From a virus (Duplodnaviria > Caudoviricetes): a DNA stretch of 64,000 bases. The position numbers and the translations under genes were made by a program. The notes below the pieces were generated by a model, which searched no databases, was not told the origin of the DNA, and worked only from the letters and a program-made list of their open reading frames with translations. Shown piece by piece: positions 1 to 10,224 of the stretch. Location of the stretch: IMG/VR virus record IMGVR_UViG_3300028805_000043; one strand, written 5' to 3'. Each line of letters starts with the position of its first letter. Within the stretch, counting starts at the first letter, position 1.

Positions 1-399
1 TATATGTCCTTGATTACCACGATAGCCTGTAGTTCCTATGCCACCTTGCTTACCGACTGGACCTTGCACACCAGTTACACCAGCTGTGCCTTGTCCACCT
101 ATGTGACCTTGGTTACCACGATAGCCAGATACGCCTTGGGGACCTTGTACACCACTAAATCCCTGGACACCACTAAATCCCGTCAATCCTTGATGACCTT
201 GTGCACCTTTAAGAAATAATTGTACAATATCTTCTTCAGTATATGTCGTATCAGTAAATTGTGCTCCAGCTGGAATAAATTCTTTATCTCTAACTTTTAA
301 TGATCCATCTTTATTAAATATAATAGCACCTTGACTACCTGTTATTTTTGAAGGATCATCTTCAACATAAATAAATTTTAATTCTTCATTATTAGCCAT
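1..399 (-). CDS. Collagen-like (Gly-X-Y) fibre protein, 5' part; runs off window start
   Basis: Manual translation from ATG at 399: MANNEELKFIYVEDD...KGAQGHQGLTGFSGVQGFSGVQGPQGVSGYRGNQG..., open to position 1; not in ORF track. Confidence 0.85.
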   Translation of the reverse strand, partial: MANNEELKFIYVEDDPSKITGSQGAIIFNKDGSLKVRDKEFIPAGAQFTDTTYTEEDIVQLFLKGAQGHQGLTGFSGVQGFSGVQGPQGVSGYRGNQGHIGGQGTAGVTGVQGPVGKQGGIGTTGYRGNQGHI

Positions 400-443
400 G
401 TGTTATAAGTTATCAAATAATATTATATATATATAAAAATAAA

Positions 444-471
444 AGAATTTGAGATTTAAATCCCAAATTCT
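444..471 (-). terminator. Intrinsic terminator after DNA methyltransferase
   Basis: Minus strand AGAATTTGGGAT-TTAA-ATCTCAAATTCT followed by TTTATTTTT. Confidence 0.6.
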
Positions 472-477
472 AATTAT

Positions 478-1773
478 TTAATACTTAATCTCTTCTTGTT
501 TAATATTATCAAAAAATCTTATTTTTTTAGTTTCTTCTAAATCATTTTCTTTATTATAAGATCTTAATGCTTCTGAAACAATCCAATATGCAGTTCTAAC
601 AGGAACGTTTTGACCAATTTTTGCATATTCAGTATAAGGATTTCCTTGTAATTCATAATCATGTGGATGTCCCATTAAATGAAGTAATTCGCGAATATTT
701 AAACACCTATCCTTTTCATAATGTAAGCAACTTTGAACCATTTTAAACATAACAGCAGGACATTTACCATCTTCTGTTAATAAATTAGGTAACGCATGAT
801 ATACACCTTTGCCTTGTGATGTTTTAAAATTAAAATGTTCTACAAAATGATATAGATATTCTCGTCTACCTTTATATTTACTTTCACATGTTTTTGTATA
901 TTCAATAATATTATTCCAAAGATTATTTTTTATTACAAATTTAAATATATCTGACCCAACAACATTTCTCCAATTATCTTTATAAGTATGTTTTAAATAA
1001 CTTATAATAAAATAATTAACACAATTTATAAATTCTAAATCTAATTCAGTTTCATTTTTATATATATTATCTGGAATTCTATTAAAATATTCTTTAATTG
1101 TTGTTTCTATATGTTCAAATCCCATTTGAGGAGAATAATCTTTCTTAAAGAATATAATAAATGTACGTTTACGTTTCTGACAATTATCATGATATTGTGT
1201 ATCTGTTCTATAATAAACAATAGAATAACCAGTTTCTTTTGCTAATGTTTCTAATTGTTTACGAACATATTCACCACGTGCTCCCATAAATGTAGGTGCA
1301 TTTTCAAAAATATAAATGTTAGGTTTAATTACACGTAATGCATATTTTGATATCCAAACCATGTTACAATTACGGGCATCTTTAGCTTCCTGTGTTCCAA
1401 TTGTAGCTGTAGATAATCCAGAACATACTGGAACTGCTACACATAAATCCATATTTGAATAATCTAAATCTTTATTTTCATTTAGTGTCCATCTAGAATT
1501 TAATATTTCAGGATTCATGTCGTCATCATTTTGGAACATTTTACGATTAAAGATTTTGTATTCTGGACGTCTTCCAACTTTATCCAAATAAGTCATTAAA
1601 TGATATTCATTACCACCACCTGTTAATTCATTGGTCTTTTTATTAAAAATTGGATCTCCTACTCCAGGATATGATAATATAAATTCAGCCGGGCAACCTA
1701 CTGCCTTTTCTGTACCTAAATACATACCACCTGTTAATGGTTGTATGGCACACCATTTTATTTTATTTGCCAT
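478..1773 (-). CDS. C5-cytosine DNA methyltransferase
   Basis: Motifs in canonical order: I-like QPLTGGMYLG, IV PVCSGLS, VI IFENAP, VIII QKRKRTF, IX RCLNIRELLHLMGHP, X YAKIGQNVP. Confidence 0.8.
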   Translation of the reverse strand: MANKIKWCAIQPLTGGMYLGTEKAVGCPAEFILSYPGVGDPIFNKKTNELTGGGNEYHLMTYLDKVGRRPEYKIFNRKMFQNDDDMNPEILNSRWTLNENKDLDYSNMDLCVAVPVCSGLSTATIGTQEAKDARNCNMVWISKYALRVIKPNIYIFENAPTFMGARGEYVRKQLETLAKETGYSIVYYRTDTQYHDNCQKRKRTFIIFFKKDYSPQMGFEHIETTIKEYFNRIPDNIYKNETELDLEFINCVNYFIISYLKHTYKDNWRNVVGSDIFKFVIKNNLWNNIIEYTKTCESKYKGRREYLYHFVEHFNFKTSQGKGVYHALPNLLTEDGKCPAVMFKMVQSCLHYEKDRCLNIRELLHLMGHPHDYELQGNPYTEYAKIGQNVPVRTAYWIVSEALRSYNKENDLEETKKIRFFDNIKQEEIKY

Positions 1774-1807
1774 CTATATATTAATGTATTTATTTTATAA
1801 TATAATA

Positions 1808-1883
1808 AAATAGTAAACTATTAAATATTGTTTAAAATTTAATAAAATTTATAAAATTAACAATAATTAATAGTTTACTATTT
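1808..1883. repeat. 25-bp inverted repeat (1 mismatch) around an AT-rich spacer
   Basis: aaatagtaaactattaaatattgtt (1808-1832) vs aacaataattaatagtttactattt (1859-1883). Confidence 0.85.
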
Positions 1884-1896
1884 ATGTTATAAATAA

Positions 1897-2517
1897 TTAT
1901 TGTTCAATATCAATAAATTCAAAATCAAAATCTGAATATTTAAATTCTATATTAAATGTTTGAGATTGAGCTATAGGTTGAGTATAATCAAATTCAAGCA
2001 TATCCATGGCATTAATCATTGGATAATATAAAACTATTTTTGAATATACTTCTCCCTTTTCATTAAATAATTCAACATTAAAACGTTGTGGTAATTCATC
2101 ATATTTCATATCTCTTGAAAATTGATACCAAAAATTTTCAAATAATATAAAATAATTAAGATAACCAAGTGAATGTCTAAATGTAACATTAAAAGTTCTA
2201 TCAGTTAATGCAATTGGAGATACACCAGCTCTATAATTAAACTCAGATCCTGCATAAAGGAATTTATTTTGCTCAACACGTTTTTCATCTAATGTTGGTT
2301 CTGAACCTCTTGTTGTTTGCTGTTGTTGCACTGTTCCATTTTGAAAACCTAAAACATTAACTTTTTGTATTGATTCATTAATAAAATCAATAGGTGTTAA
2401 ATAATATCCATGTTTATCTTTCAATATTTTTGAATATTTTTCTTCAACTTCATTAACTAAAAATTCTTTAGGAAATAGTAATCTAAATCCATCCTGTCTT
2501 CCTTTTAATCCAAACAT
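1897..2517 (-). CDS. Putative tail-tube-fold protein (T4 gp19/gp3/gp54-like)
   Basis: C-terminal pattern VELFNEKG...LYYPMINAMDMLEFDY...TFNIEFKYSDF resembles tube-fold proteins; lies downstream of tape-measure-like gene. Confidence 0.5.
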   Translation of the reverse strand: MFGLKGRQDGFRLLFPKEFLVNEVEEKYSKILKDKHGYYLTPIDFINESIQKVNVLGFQNGTVQQQQTTRGSEPTLDEKRVEQNKFLYAGSEFNYRAGVSPIALTDRTFNVTFRHSLGYLNYFILFENFWYQFSRDMKYDELPQRFNVELFNEKGEVYSKIVLYYPMINAMDMLEFDYTQPIAQSQTFNIEFKYSDFDFEFIDIEQ

Positions 2518-2519
2518 AA

Positions 2520-2696
2520 TTATATGATAATTGTTTTTACAAAATTAATTTCAGAAGTATTAATTTTTTCCAAATGATTATTAAGTGAATTCTTTTTATA
2601 GATTTCTTTAGATTTTATAACATTTAGTTTTTCTTCTTCTGTTATTGGCCTATTATTTAATTTTACATTTTTATAATATAAATTATAATATGTCAT
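2520..2696 (-). CDS. Small hypothetical protein (58 aa)
   Basis: Manual ORF MTYYNLYYKNVKLNNRP...KTIII fills the gap between co-directional genes. Confidence 0.5.
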   Translation of the reverse strand: MTYYNLYYKNVKLNNRPITEEEKLNVIKSKEIYKKNSLNNHLEKINTSEINFVKTIII

Positions 2697-2713
2697 ATCT
2701 CATCTATATATAT

Positions 2714-5700
2714 TTATCTTACTCTTTCTTCAATCTTATTAAGATATGTTGATTCCATATATGCTTTAAATTGATCAAATGTAAATGATTTTTTATCTGG
2801 TGAAAGTGATGGTTGTTGTTTATTACCAGTATTTTCTGGACTTTCTTCAGATTTATAATCACGTGCCTTATTCAAATCTGTTGTAGTATCTTCTTCAGCA
2901 CTAGCATTTGTTTTAACTATATTACCATTAACTTTACCAGCTTCAACATCTGTTTGTTCTGTTACATCTGGTTGTGCTTGCGATATTTCAACTATCATCT
3001 TCTTATCCATTAAGTCAGATATTGTCTTCATTGCTTCATCAATTAATTTCTTACGTTTTGCTTGTAAAACATGAGCATTCTTAATTGATGCATCAGCCTT
3101 TTGTAATTGTTGAACTAATTCAAATAATACTGCTGATAATCTATTTGCAATGGCATCTGTTAAATTATCCAAATTACCTAATCTTGAACTTAATTGATTC
3201 ATTGCATTAACAAAATTGGTAAGTGAATTTAATTTATTTAATTCAATAGAGTTAATAGATTGTATGTAATCTTTTAATGTAGCAGTATGTTGTTTAAATA
3301 TATCGTTTTGTTCAATAATACTTGTTATAGTATAAACATTTAAAATACCATCTTTTAATGAATTACATTTATTAGAAAATTCAGCATAATCATATATTAA
3401 ATCAATAACATTGATAAAATCATTTAAATATTTTACAAAATAATCTAATTCTTTTTTATTAGATAATATTATTGTTGAAAATGAACCATATATTGTACTT
3501 AATCCAGTTGATATTGAAGAATATGTATTACTGTCAATATTCTTTGCTAAATTTGTAATTTGTAATAATTTATTAACTACATCTAATATATCAGAAGCAT
3601 CACGAACTAATTGATGTAATACCAATGTATTTTTTTCATTTATTCCAAATTTTACTAAATTAGATAAATCAATATCCATAGAATTATCTTTAATTGTTCC
3701 ATTTAATACGGCTTTAATATTATTAATACATGTGATAAAATTAGTAACTGCAGTTTCAACATTTTTAAAATCAACATCTGTTAATTCATGATTTTTACTT
3801 GTTAAATATTTAACATCATTAATTATATTAGATAATGAACCTTTGAAATGATTTACTATTTTTTCTGTATTTTTTAATTTATCTTTATATGATTTTTCAT
3901 CTTTTAAAATACTAGAAGAATTATAAACAGTAACAATTGATTGTACTAATGCAGTTATAACAGCTTTAATACGTTTTTTCATTTCTTCAATGTTTTTATT
4001 ATCAAGAGTTATCATTGCACCAGGTACTAATTTACCTTTACTATCATATTTTAATGTAGGAAATTTACCATTTGCGTAAGCACCAATTACACCAGCAACA
4101 ACAGATAATGTATCACCAGCTAACTTAATTGATTCAGCAGCTTTCTTAACAGGACTATCTTTAGAATCAAATACACCAGGATTATTCTTTACAACAGTAC
4201 CAATTGCCATTCCTAATGTCGTTATGATTTTACCAATGTTATGTGTAGCTGTGTTAAAATCACCATCTGCTAATGTTTTATATCCAACTATTGTTAATTC
4301 ACCTTTATTATTCTTTCCATAAATCGGAACTTTAAGATCTGCAAAATTCTTAATGCCTTCAGCAACACTACTAACCATATTTCCCATAGGTTCTAATGAA
4401 GTCATTACTTTACTAAATGGTGTGCCTGATGACAACCAATTAGCTTTATCGAACCATTGTCCGGCTTGTGCTTCTTTATCAAAATAAAGACTGCCAATTG
4501 TTTTTGCTAATAATTTTACAATTCTTCCAATATTAACACCAGCTTTAACAATTTGATCGTCTGATAATGTATGATATCCAGTAATTATTGCTGCGCCATC
4601 TTTACCAATTCCATAGATAGGAATTTTAAATTCTGCAAATGCAGTAACACCTTCAGCTATACCTGCTACTACGTTTCCTAATGGTTCTATAGAGCCCAAT
4701 ACTTTTGCAATAGGTGAGTCACCAGAGAAGAATCCACCATCAAACCATTTTTCTTTTTTAGCTTGTGGATCAAAATATAATGAAGCAATTGAACTTACTA
4801 ATGATGTAACAACTTTATTTATATTTTTTGTTGCATTTTCAAAATCTTTACTTCCTAACGTTTTATATTCTGATATTTGTGGTCTACCATCTTTATCTAA
4901 TCCTCCATAAACAGGAATCTTAAAGTCAGCCCATGCTTGTACTGCATCAGCTATATCTTTTAATGTTTTTCCGAGTGGTGGTATAACACCTAATACTTTA
5001 CCAATAGGAGACTTACCTAATCCAAATATGCCGCTTCCATCAAACCATTCTTTATGTGGTTCATATAAACTTGCAACAGATCTAATTAATGAAGTAACAA
5101 CTAAATCAATATTCTTTGCTACTTTAGTAAAATCTCCACTACCTAATGTACGATATTCAGTAATCATTGCTCTACCATCTTTATCTGTACCACCATAAAT
5201 AGGAATCTTAAGGTCAGCCCATGATTGTACTGCGTCAGCTATATCTCCTAATGTTTTACCCATAGGACCTATAACACCAACTACTTTAGCAAACTTTGAA
5301 TCACCCATTCCTAAGAATCCCGTTGAATCAAACATAGTTGGATTTGCATCATAAACATCAATTATTGCTTGTGCTAAACAAGATACGACTTTACTTATAT
5401 TTTTACTAGCAGTTGTAAAATCACCATCCTTTAAAGATAAATAATGGTCTACTTCTTTTCCTTTATAAACAGGAATCTTAAGGTCAGTCCATTCTTTAAC
5501 TCCATTTGCAATACTACCTAATGCACCACCCATATTACCTAATGCGCGGCACACAATACTGAATTTAGATGATCCTAAACCAAACCAACCTTGAGCATCA
5601 AATAATTCAGGTCTTTCATCATATATATCTAAAACAGCTCCTGCTAAACAAGTTACAACTGATTTAATGTTTTCAGCAGCTGTTGCAAAATCATCATTTT

Positions 5701-8700
5701 TAATTGTAATATATCCAGATATTTCTGTACTATTCTTTTTATAAACAGGAATCTTAAGGTCTGCCCATGTTTCAATACCTTCTGCAACTACTGATAACAT
5801 ATCACCCATATTTTTAAGTGATGTGCAAACTTTAGAAAATTTAGAAGGACCAAATAAACCAAATGCAGCAGGTTCAAACATATCTTTGTCTGGAGCATTA
5901 TTATAAACATCTAATACAGCTTGTGCTAATGTCGTAACAACCGCTTTAATATTTTCACCAGCTTTTACAAATGCCCCATTATCAATTGTTTTATATCCTG
6001 TTATTTTTTCTCCAGTATAAATAGGAATCTTAAGTTCAAACCATTCTTGTACTGTTTTTGCCATCCATGAAAGCATTACAGCTAATCCTTTACCTGCAGC
6101 AGCAACTTTACCAAATACTGTACCACCACCTCCAGTTAATAGTGAAGATAATGAGAATTTAAACATTTCTGGATTTTTTTGATAAATTTCATTAATTGTA
6201 TCAAATAAAGTTGTAACAACAGATTTAATATTTTTTGTAGATTGGTCAATATCCTTTTGACTCATTATCATGTATCCTGTTATCTTATCACCTTCGTAAA
6301 TAGGAATTTTTAAATCAGCATATGCTTGAATAACTTCTGCAGTATCTAATAAGAATGATCTCATTGCTTTCATTGATAATGCACCCAATCCTATAGGTAT
6401 AATCATTGCACCCAATCCCATTAATGGACCAGCTAATGACATAACGCCTAAAAGTAATTTAATAAGATTACCGAAATCTAAATCCATGTGACTAACACGA
6501 GCCATTTCTTCCATACCTTTAGCAATTTCTTGTATACCAATACCCATTAAAGCTATACATCCTATTAAACCAGCTAATATTGCAGTAGCTGCAGCCATCA
6601 TTGCGACACCTTCAGCACCTGAACTAGCAATAGCTTTAGCTAATACATATAAACCTAATATTACAACTCCCATTATAACAACAGTACCTGCTAATGCTAG
6701 CCAGTTATCAACCATTTTAGATACTTTAACTAATGTACCAAATGCTAAACTTAATTCAAATATAAGACCACCAAGCATAGCCATTATTTTTGCACCTATG
6801 ATTAATCGTTTTGCATTTTGTGCTAATTTACCTAATACTTTAGACATCATTAATGTGAATCCCCAAAGTAATACACCAAATAATGGAATCATTAAAATTA
6901 ATTTAGGGTATGCTACTAGTAATCCACCAGCAAGTAATAATGTAAATGCAGATATTGCAGTAACTATTGCAAATGCTGAAGCTAATGGAATTGCTCTAGA
7001 AATATTCTTAGAATTCTTACTAAATACTTCCATTATACCCCAAACAAATAATCCTAAAAGTATAGCAAATGCAACGGCTCCTACAGCTCTATTTAAATCT
7101 TTCATAAATAGAGCACCTATCATTAATATAAATGCAGATACGGTAACTAATATAACAGCGCCAATAACTCCTTTCATTGCACGTTGCATTCCTTCACCAG
7201 CTACTCTAAATATTAATACTAATCCTAATAAGAATACTCCTAATGTAACTGCAAACATTATAAGTTGTCCAGGATTAATAAGTTTCATAAATAAACCACC
7301 AAGTATTAATATTCCACCTGATATGCTAACTAATAAAGCAGCTTCCTTTGTAGCTTTCATTGCCTCACCATTAATCTTACTAAATATCAAGAATATTCCA
7401 CTCATTACTAGTAAGAATCCAGCAAGTGTAACAGCAAACATAAATAATTCTTCAGGTTTAATTACTTTCATAAATAAACCACCAATTATAAGTATTAAAC
7501 CTGATACTGCTATTAATTCTACAGCTTCTCTTGCAACATATATTGAATTTTTAATTAACTTACTCATCAAAGCAAATGTTGCAGTTATAGAGAATAAGAA
7601 TAATGCTAATGTAGCAGTAAATAGAATTAAATTATCTGGCTTAATAATAGACATTAACATTGAGCCAATTATTAATGTTAAACCAGAAATAACAATTAAT
7701 GTGCATGCAGTTTTTGCAGTATCAATATCATTTATAATTGTCTTTGCTAATGCTTTAAATGTAAAAGATATTGTAAATAAGAATGTTGCTAAACAAACTG
7801 TAAATGCAATTAAATTTGCGATTTTAATTTTTGTTATTAAAATAGCACCAAACAATAATACTGCAGCACTCATCATAACTAATTTTGTAAATGATTCTAC
7901 AGCAGTAGTTGCTTTATCTATATCTTTTTGATCTAATTCTTTGAATTTTTCAATAATATTTTTAATTTTATCAGCAGTTCCTTCTAAAGCATTTAATCCT
8001 ATTTTTTGACCTTTAAGTAAAATTGAAAGTTTAGAAATTTTATTTAAAGCTACTAATATTTTTTCTACATCCTCAACTTTTTTAACATCATCTTTATTAT
8101 AATCAGCTGTTTTTAGTGGATTATAAATATGAGTTTGAATACTTTCTAATATTGATTTAATATTATTGAAATATGCATTAATTTTTTTCTTTTCAATTTT
8201 TGATTTTTGCCATTGTTGTATTGCAGATTCTAATATTAATAAAAATGTATTAACATTATTAATTGTATTAATTGCATCATTTGAAATATTGTTTAATTGA
8301 TTAATAGCAACTATTGTAGTATTTAAATTTTGCAAAATATTATTAATTTTGTTAAAACTTAATTTTGGTAATTTATTAATATTTTCAATTAATTTATGAA
8401 TTAATATTAATGTAATATTATCAATAAATGCTAATTTTATACCAGCAGACAATATTGTTTTAAATCCTGGCATTGCATTATACATAGATTCCATTAATTC
8501 AAATAAAGAATTAAGTAATTCTATATTTTTTCTAGCATTACCTAATTGAATTGACTTAATTTGAACCAATAATGAATTTTCACCAGAAATAATTTCTGAT
8601 TCAATAATGTCATTTAAAAAGGATAACTTAATATTAAGTTTAAATAATTGAATTAATGAAATATCTAATACTTTCATTAAATTTTCAATAAACGCATTAA

Positions 8701-10099
8701 TTGCGATTAAAGCATTACCACCTTCTTTTGTTAATTTATTAGAAGCATCAGCTAAACATACAATTATGCCATCTTTAGGATCTGTTAAACTTCCAATGAT
8801 AAAATCCTTAATATATATGATATTAGATCTTAATTGTCTACGATCTTCTTTACTAATATTTGCAATTTGAGCTATAGATACAAAGAAATTGCCGATAGCT
8901 CCCATAGCTTCATAATTCTTTTTATCCTGAATATCATCTTTAGCTTTATTGAGTTCAACTAAAATATTAGGAATTTCTTTTGTAATATATTTTGAAAAAT
9001 ATTTTAAATTTGATTTCATTCTCATACGCTGTATAAAACCAATATCAGCGATTTTAGCAATTCCTTCAAAGAATTCACTTAATGAATTAATATTTTTCCA
9101 TTCTATTTTAATGTCTTTTGTTATACCATCCAAATTTTTTAGTAATTGATCTATAGAACCATTTTTCTTTGTTAATCTTAATAGTGCATTAATTGATCTA
9201 ACATTAATATTTTTATTTTCTAATGTAATAACCTTAATTATAGAGTCAATTGCTACATCAAAATTATTTATATCTGTATTAATACCTTCAATGCCTTCAA
9301 ATAATTCAGATATATTTTCTAAAATTTTATGAATAGATGCACCATCTGTTCCAGATAATATATCACTAAATGCTTTTAAATTTTCATCACTTTCTTTTAA
9401 ATTTTTAATAAATTCAGTATTTGTTAAAGTTTCCAATAATTTTACGAATCCACCTAATGCAGTAAATTCTTTTATTTTTTGTTTATCTTTAGTAAGATCA
9501 ATAATATTTTGTATTAAGTCAGCTAATTTACCAGGATCATTAATTTGTATATCAATGTGTCCCAGTGCAGTATTTAATATGTTTTCATCAATTCCTGTTA
9601 AAATAACTTTTATAATATTTGCATCTTTATCATCTTTATCTGAAACAGTTTCTTGTGTTTTATTCATAATGGTATTTGCTTTTATGGCACTTTCAACACC
9701 ACCAAATCCATTAACTAATAAATCATAAATTGTTGAAGCTCCAGATAATTGTTTTGAAATTGATTCAACATGTAGTTTGATTATAGCAGGAGCCAAATTA
9801 CTATTAAATTCTTTAAATTGATCTTTAATTGAAGTAATTGAATTTTTACTATTATTTATTAAATCATAAATTGTATTACCTCTTCCAAGTAATGTTTTGA
9901 TATCTTGATCTTTGTCTTTACTTTTTACACCCCATATCATTGAAGCAAGTGACCCCATAATCATTTGCGAATATGATAATTCTTGTAATGTTTGTTCTTG
10001 CTCTTTGCTTTCATTACCTGGCATTTTTGTTCCAAAATGCTTTTTATTGTCGTCTCTTATTTGTTTAACTGCTTCTCTTAATGATTTAGTTTCTGACAT
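2714..10099 (-). CDS. Tape-measure-like protein, 2461 aa
   Basis: Very long and helical; central multi-TM hydrophobic block; about 9 repeats of (W/Y/F)ADLKIP(I/V)Y; next to tube-like gene. Confidence 0.65.
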   Translation of the reverse strand: MSETKSLREAVKQIRDDNKKHFGTKMPGNESKEQEQTLQELSYSQMIMGSLASMIWGVKSKDKDQDIKTLLGRGNTIYDLINNSKNSITSIKDQFKEFNSNLAPAIIKLHVESISKQLSGASTIYDLLVNGFGGVESAIKANTIMNKTQETVSDKDDKDANIIKVILTGIDENILNTALGHIDIQINDPGKLADLIQNIIDLTKDKQKIKEFTALGGFVKLLETLTNTEFIKNLKESDENLKAFSDILSGTDGASIHKILENISELFEGIEGINTDINNFDVAIDSIIKVITLENKNINVRSINALLRLTKKNGSIDQLLKNLDGITKDIKIEWKNINSLSEFFEGIAKIADIGFIQRMRMKSNLKYFSKYITKEIPNILVELNKAKDDIQDKKNYEAMGAIGNFFVSIAQIANISKEDRRQLRSNIIYIKDFIIGSLTDPKDGIIVCLADASNKLTKEGGNALIAINAFIENLMKVLDISLIQLFKLNIKLSFLNDIIESEIISGENSLLVQIKSIQLGNARKNIELLNSLFELMESMYNAMPGFKTILSAGIKLAFIDNITLILIHKLIENINKLPKLSFNKINNILQNLNTTIVAINQLNNISNDAINTINNVNTFLLILESAIQQWQKSKIEKKKINAYFNNIKSILESIQTHIYNPLKTADYNKDDVKKVEDVEKILVALNKISKLSILLKGQKIGLNALEGTADKIKNIIEKFKELDQKDIDKATTAVESFTKLVMMSAAVLLFGAILITKIKIANLIAFTVCLATFLFTISFTFKALAKTIINDIDTAKTACTLIVISGLTLIIGSMLMSIIKPDNLILFTATLALFLFSITATFALMSKLIKNSIYVAREAVELIAVSGLILIIGGLFMKVIKPEELFMFAVTLAGFLLVMSGIFLIFSKINGEAMKATKEAALLVSISGGILILGGLFMKLINPGQLIMFAVTLGVFLLGLVLIFRVAGEGMQRAMKGVIGAVILVTVSAFILMIGALFMKDLNRAVGAVAFAILLGLFVWGIMEVFSKNSKNISRAIPLASAFAIVTAISAFTLLLAGGLLVAYPKLILMIPLFGVLLWGFTLMMSKVLGKLAQNAKRLIIGAKIMAMLGGLIFELSLAFGTLVKVSKMVDNWLALAGTVVIMGVVILGLYVLAKAIASSGAEGVAMMAAATAILAGLIGCIALMGIGIQEIAKGMEEMARVSHMDLDFGNLIKLLLGVMSLAGPLMGLGAMIIPIGLGALSMKAMRSFLLDTAEVIQAYADLKIPIYEGDKITGYMIMSQKDIDQSTKNIKSVVTTLFDTINEIYQKNPEMFKFSLSSLLTGGGGTVFGKVAAAGKGLAVMLSWMAKTVQEWFELKIPIYTGEKITGYKTIDNGAFVKAGENIKAVVTTLAQAVLDVYNNAPDKDMFEPAAFGLFGPSKFSKVCTSLKNMGDMLSVVAEGIETWADLKIPVYKKNSTEISGYITIKNDDFATAAENIKSVVTCLAGAVLDIYDERPELFDAQGWFGLGSSKFSIVCRALGNMGGALGSIANGVKEWTDLKIPVYKGKEVDHYLSLKDGDFTTASKNISKVVSCLAQAIIDVYDANPTMFDSTGFLGMGDSKFAKVVGVIGPMGKTLGDIADAVQSWADLKIPIYGGTDKDGRAMITEYRTLGSGDFTKVAKNIDLVVTSLIRSVASLYEPHKEWFDGSGIFGLGKSPIGKVLGVIPPLGKTLKDIADAVQAWADFKIPVYGGLDKDGRPQISEYKTLGSKDFENATKNINKVVTSLVSSIASLYFDPQAKKEKWFDGGFFSGDSPIAKVLGSIEPLGNVVAGIAEGVTAFAEFKIPIYGIGKDGAAIITGYHTLSDDQIVKAGVNIGRIVKLLAKTIGSLYFDKEAQAGQWFDKANWLSSGTPFSKVMTSLEPMGNMVSSVAEGIKNFADLKVPIYGKNNKGELTIVGYKTLADGDFNTATHNIGKIITTLGMAIGTVVKNNPGVFDSKDSPVKKAAESIKLAGDTLSVVAGVIGAYANGKFPTLKYDSKGKLVPGAMITLDNKNIEEMKKRIKAVITALVQSIVTVYNSSSILKDEKSYKDKLKNTEKIVNHFKGSLSNIINDVKYLTSKNHELTDVDFKNVETAVTNFITCINNIKAVLNGTIKDNSMDIDLSNLVKFGINEKNTLVLHQLVRDASDILDVVNKLLQITNLAKNIDSNTYSSISTGLSTIYGSFSTIILSNKKELDYFVKYLNDFINVIDLIYDYAEFSNKCNSLKDGILNVYTITSIIEQNDIFKQHTATLKDYIQSINSIELNKLNSLTNFVNAMNQLSSRLGNLDNLTDAIANRLSAVLFELVQQLQKADASIKNAHVLQAKRKKLIDEAMKTISDLMDKKMIVEISQAQPDVTEQTDVEAGKVNGNIVKTNASAEEDTTTDLNKARDYKSEESPENTGNKQQPSLSPDKKSFTFDQFKAYMESTYLNKIEERVR

Positions 10100-10140
10100 T
10101 AATTATTTACAAATACAATTATTTATAAATAAAAATAACA

Positions 10141-10200
10141 AAAGGTTGGAACTAATCCAACCTTTATATAACAAAAAAGGTTGGATTAGTTCCAACCTTT
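10141..10200 (-). terminator. Tandem terminator hairpins downstream of the OmpA-family gene
   Basis: aaaggttgga-actaa-tccaaccttt (10141-10165) and its exact reverse complement (10176-10200); each is followed by a T-run on the minus strand. Confidence 0.75.
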
Positions 10201-10224
10201 ATGTAATAAAATTAATTTTAAATA

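Noticed and set aside
4-219. 71-aa + strand ORF
   Set aside because: Antisense shadow of the collagen-like gene on the minus strand
6798-7931. 377-aa + strand ORF
   Set aside because: Antisense to the hydrophobic block of the 2461-aa gene; its I/N/A/P-rich composition is what reverse-complemented TM codons give
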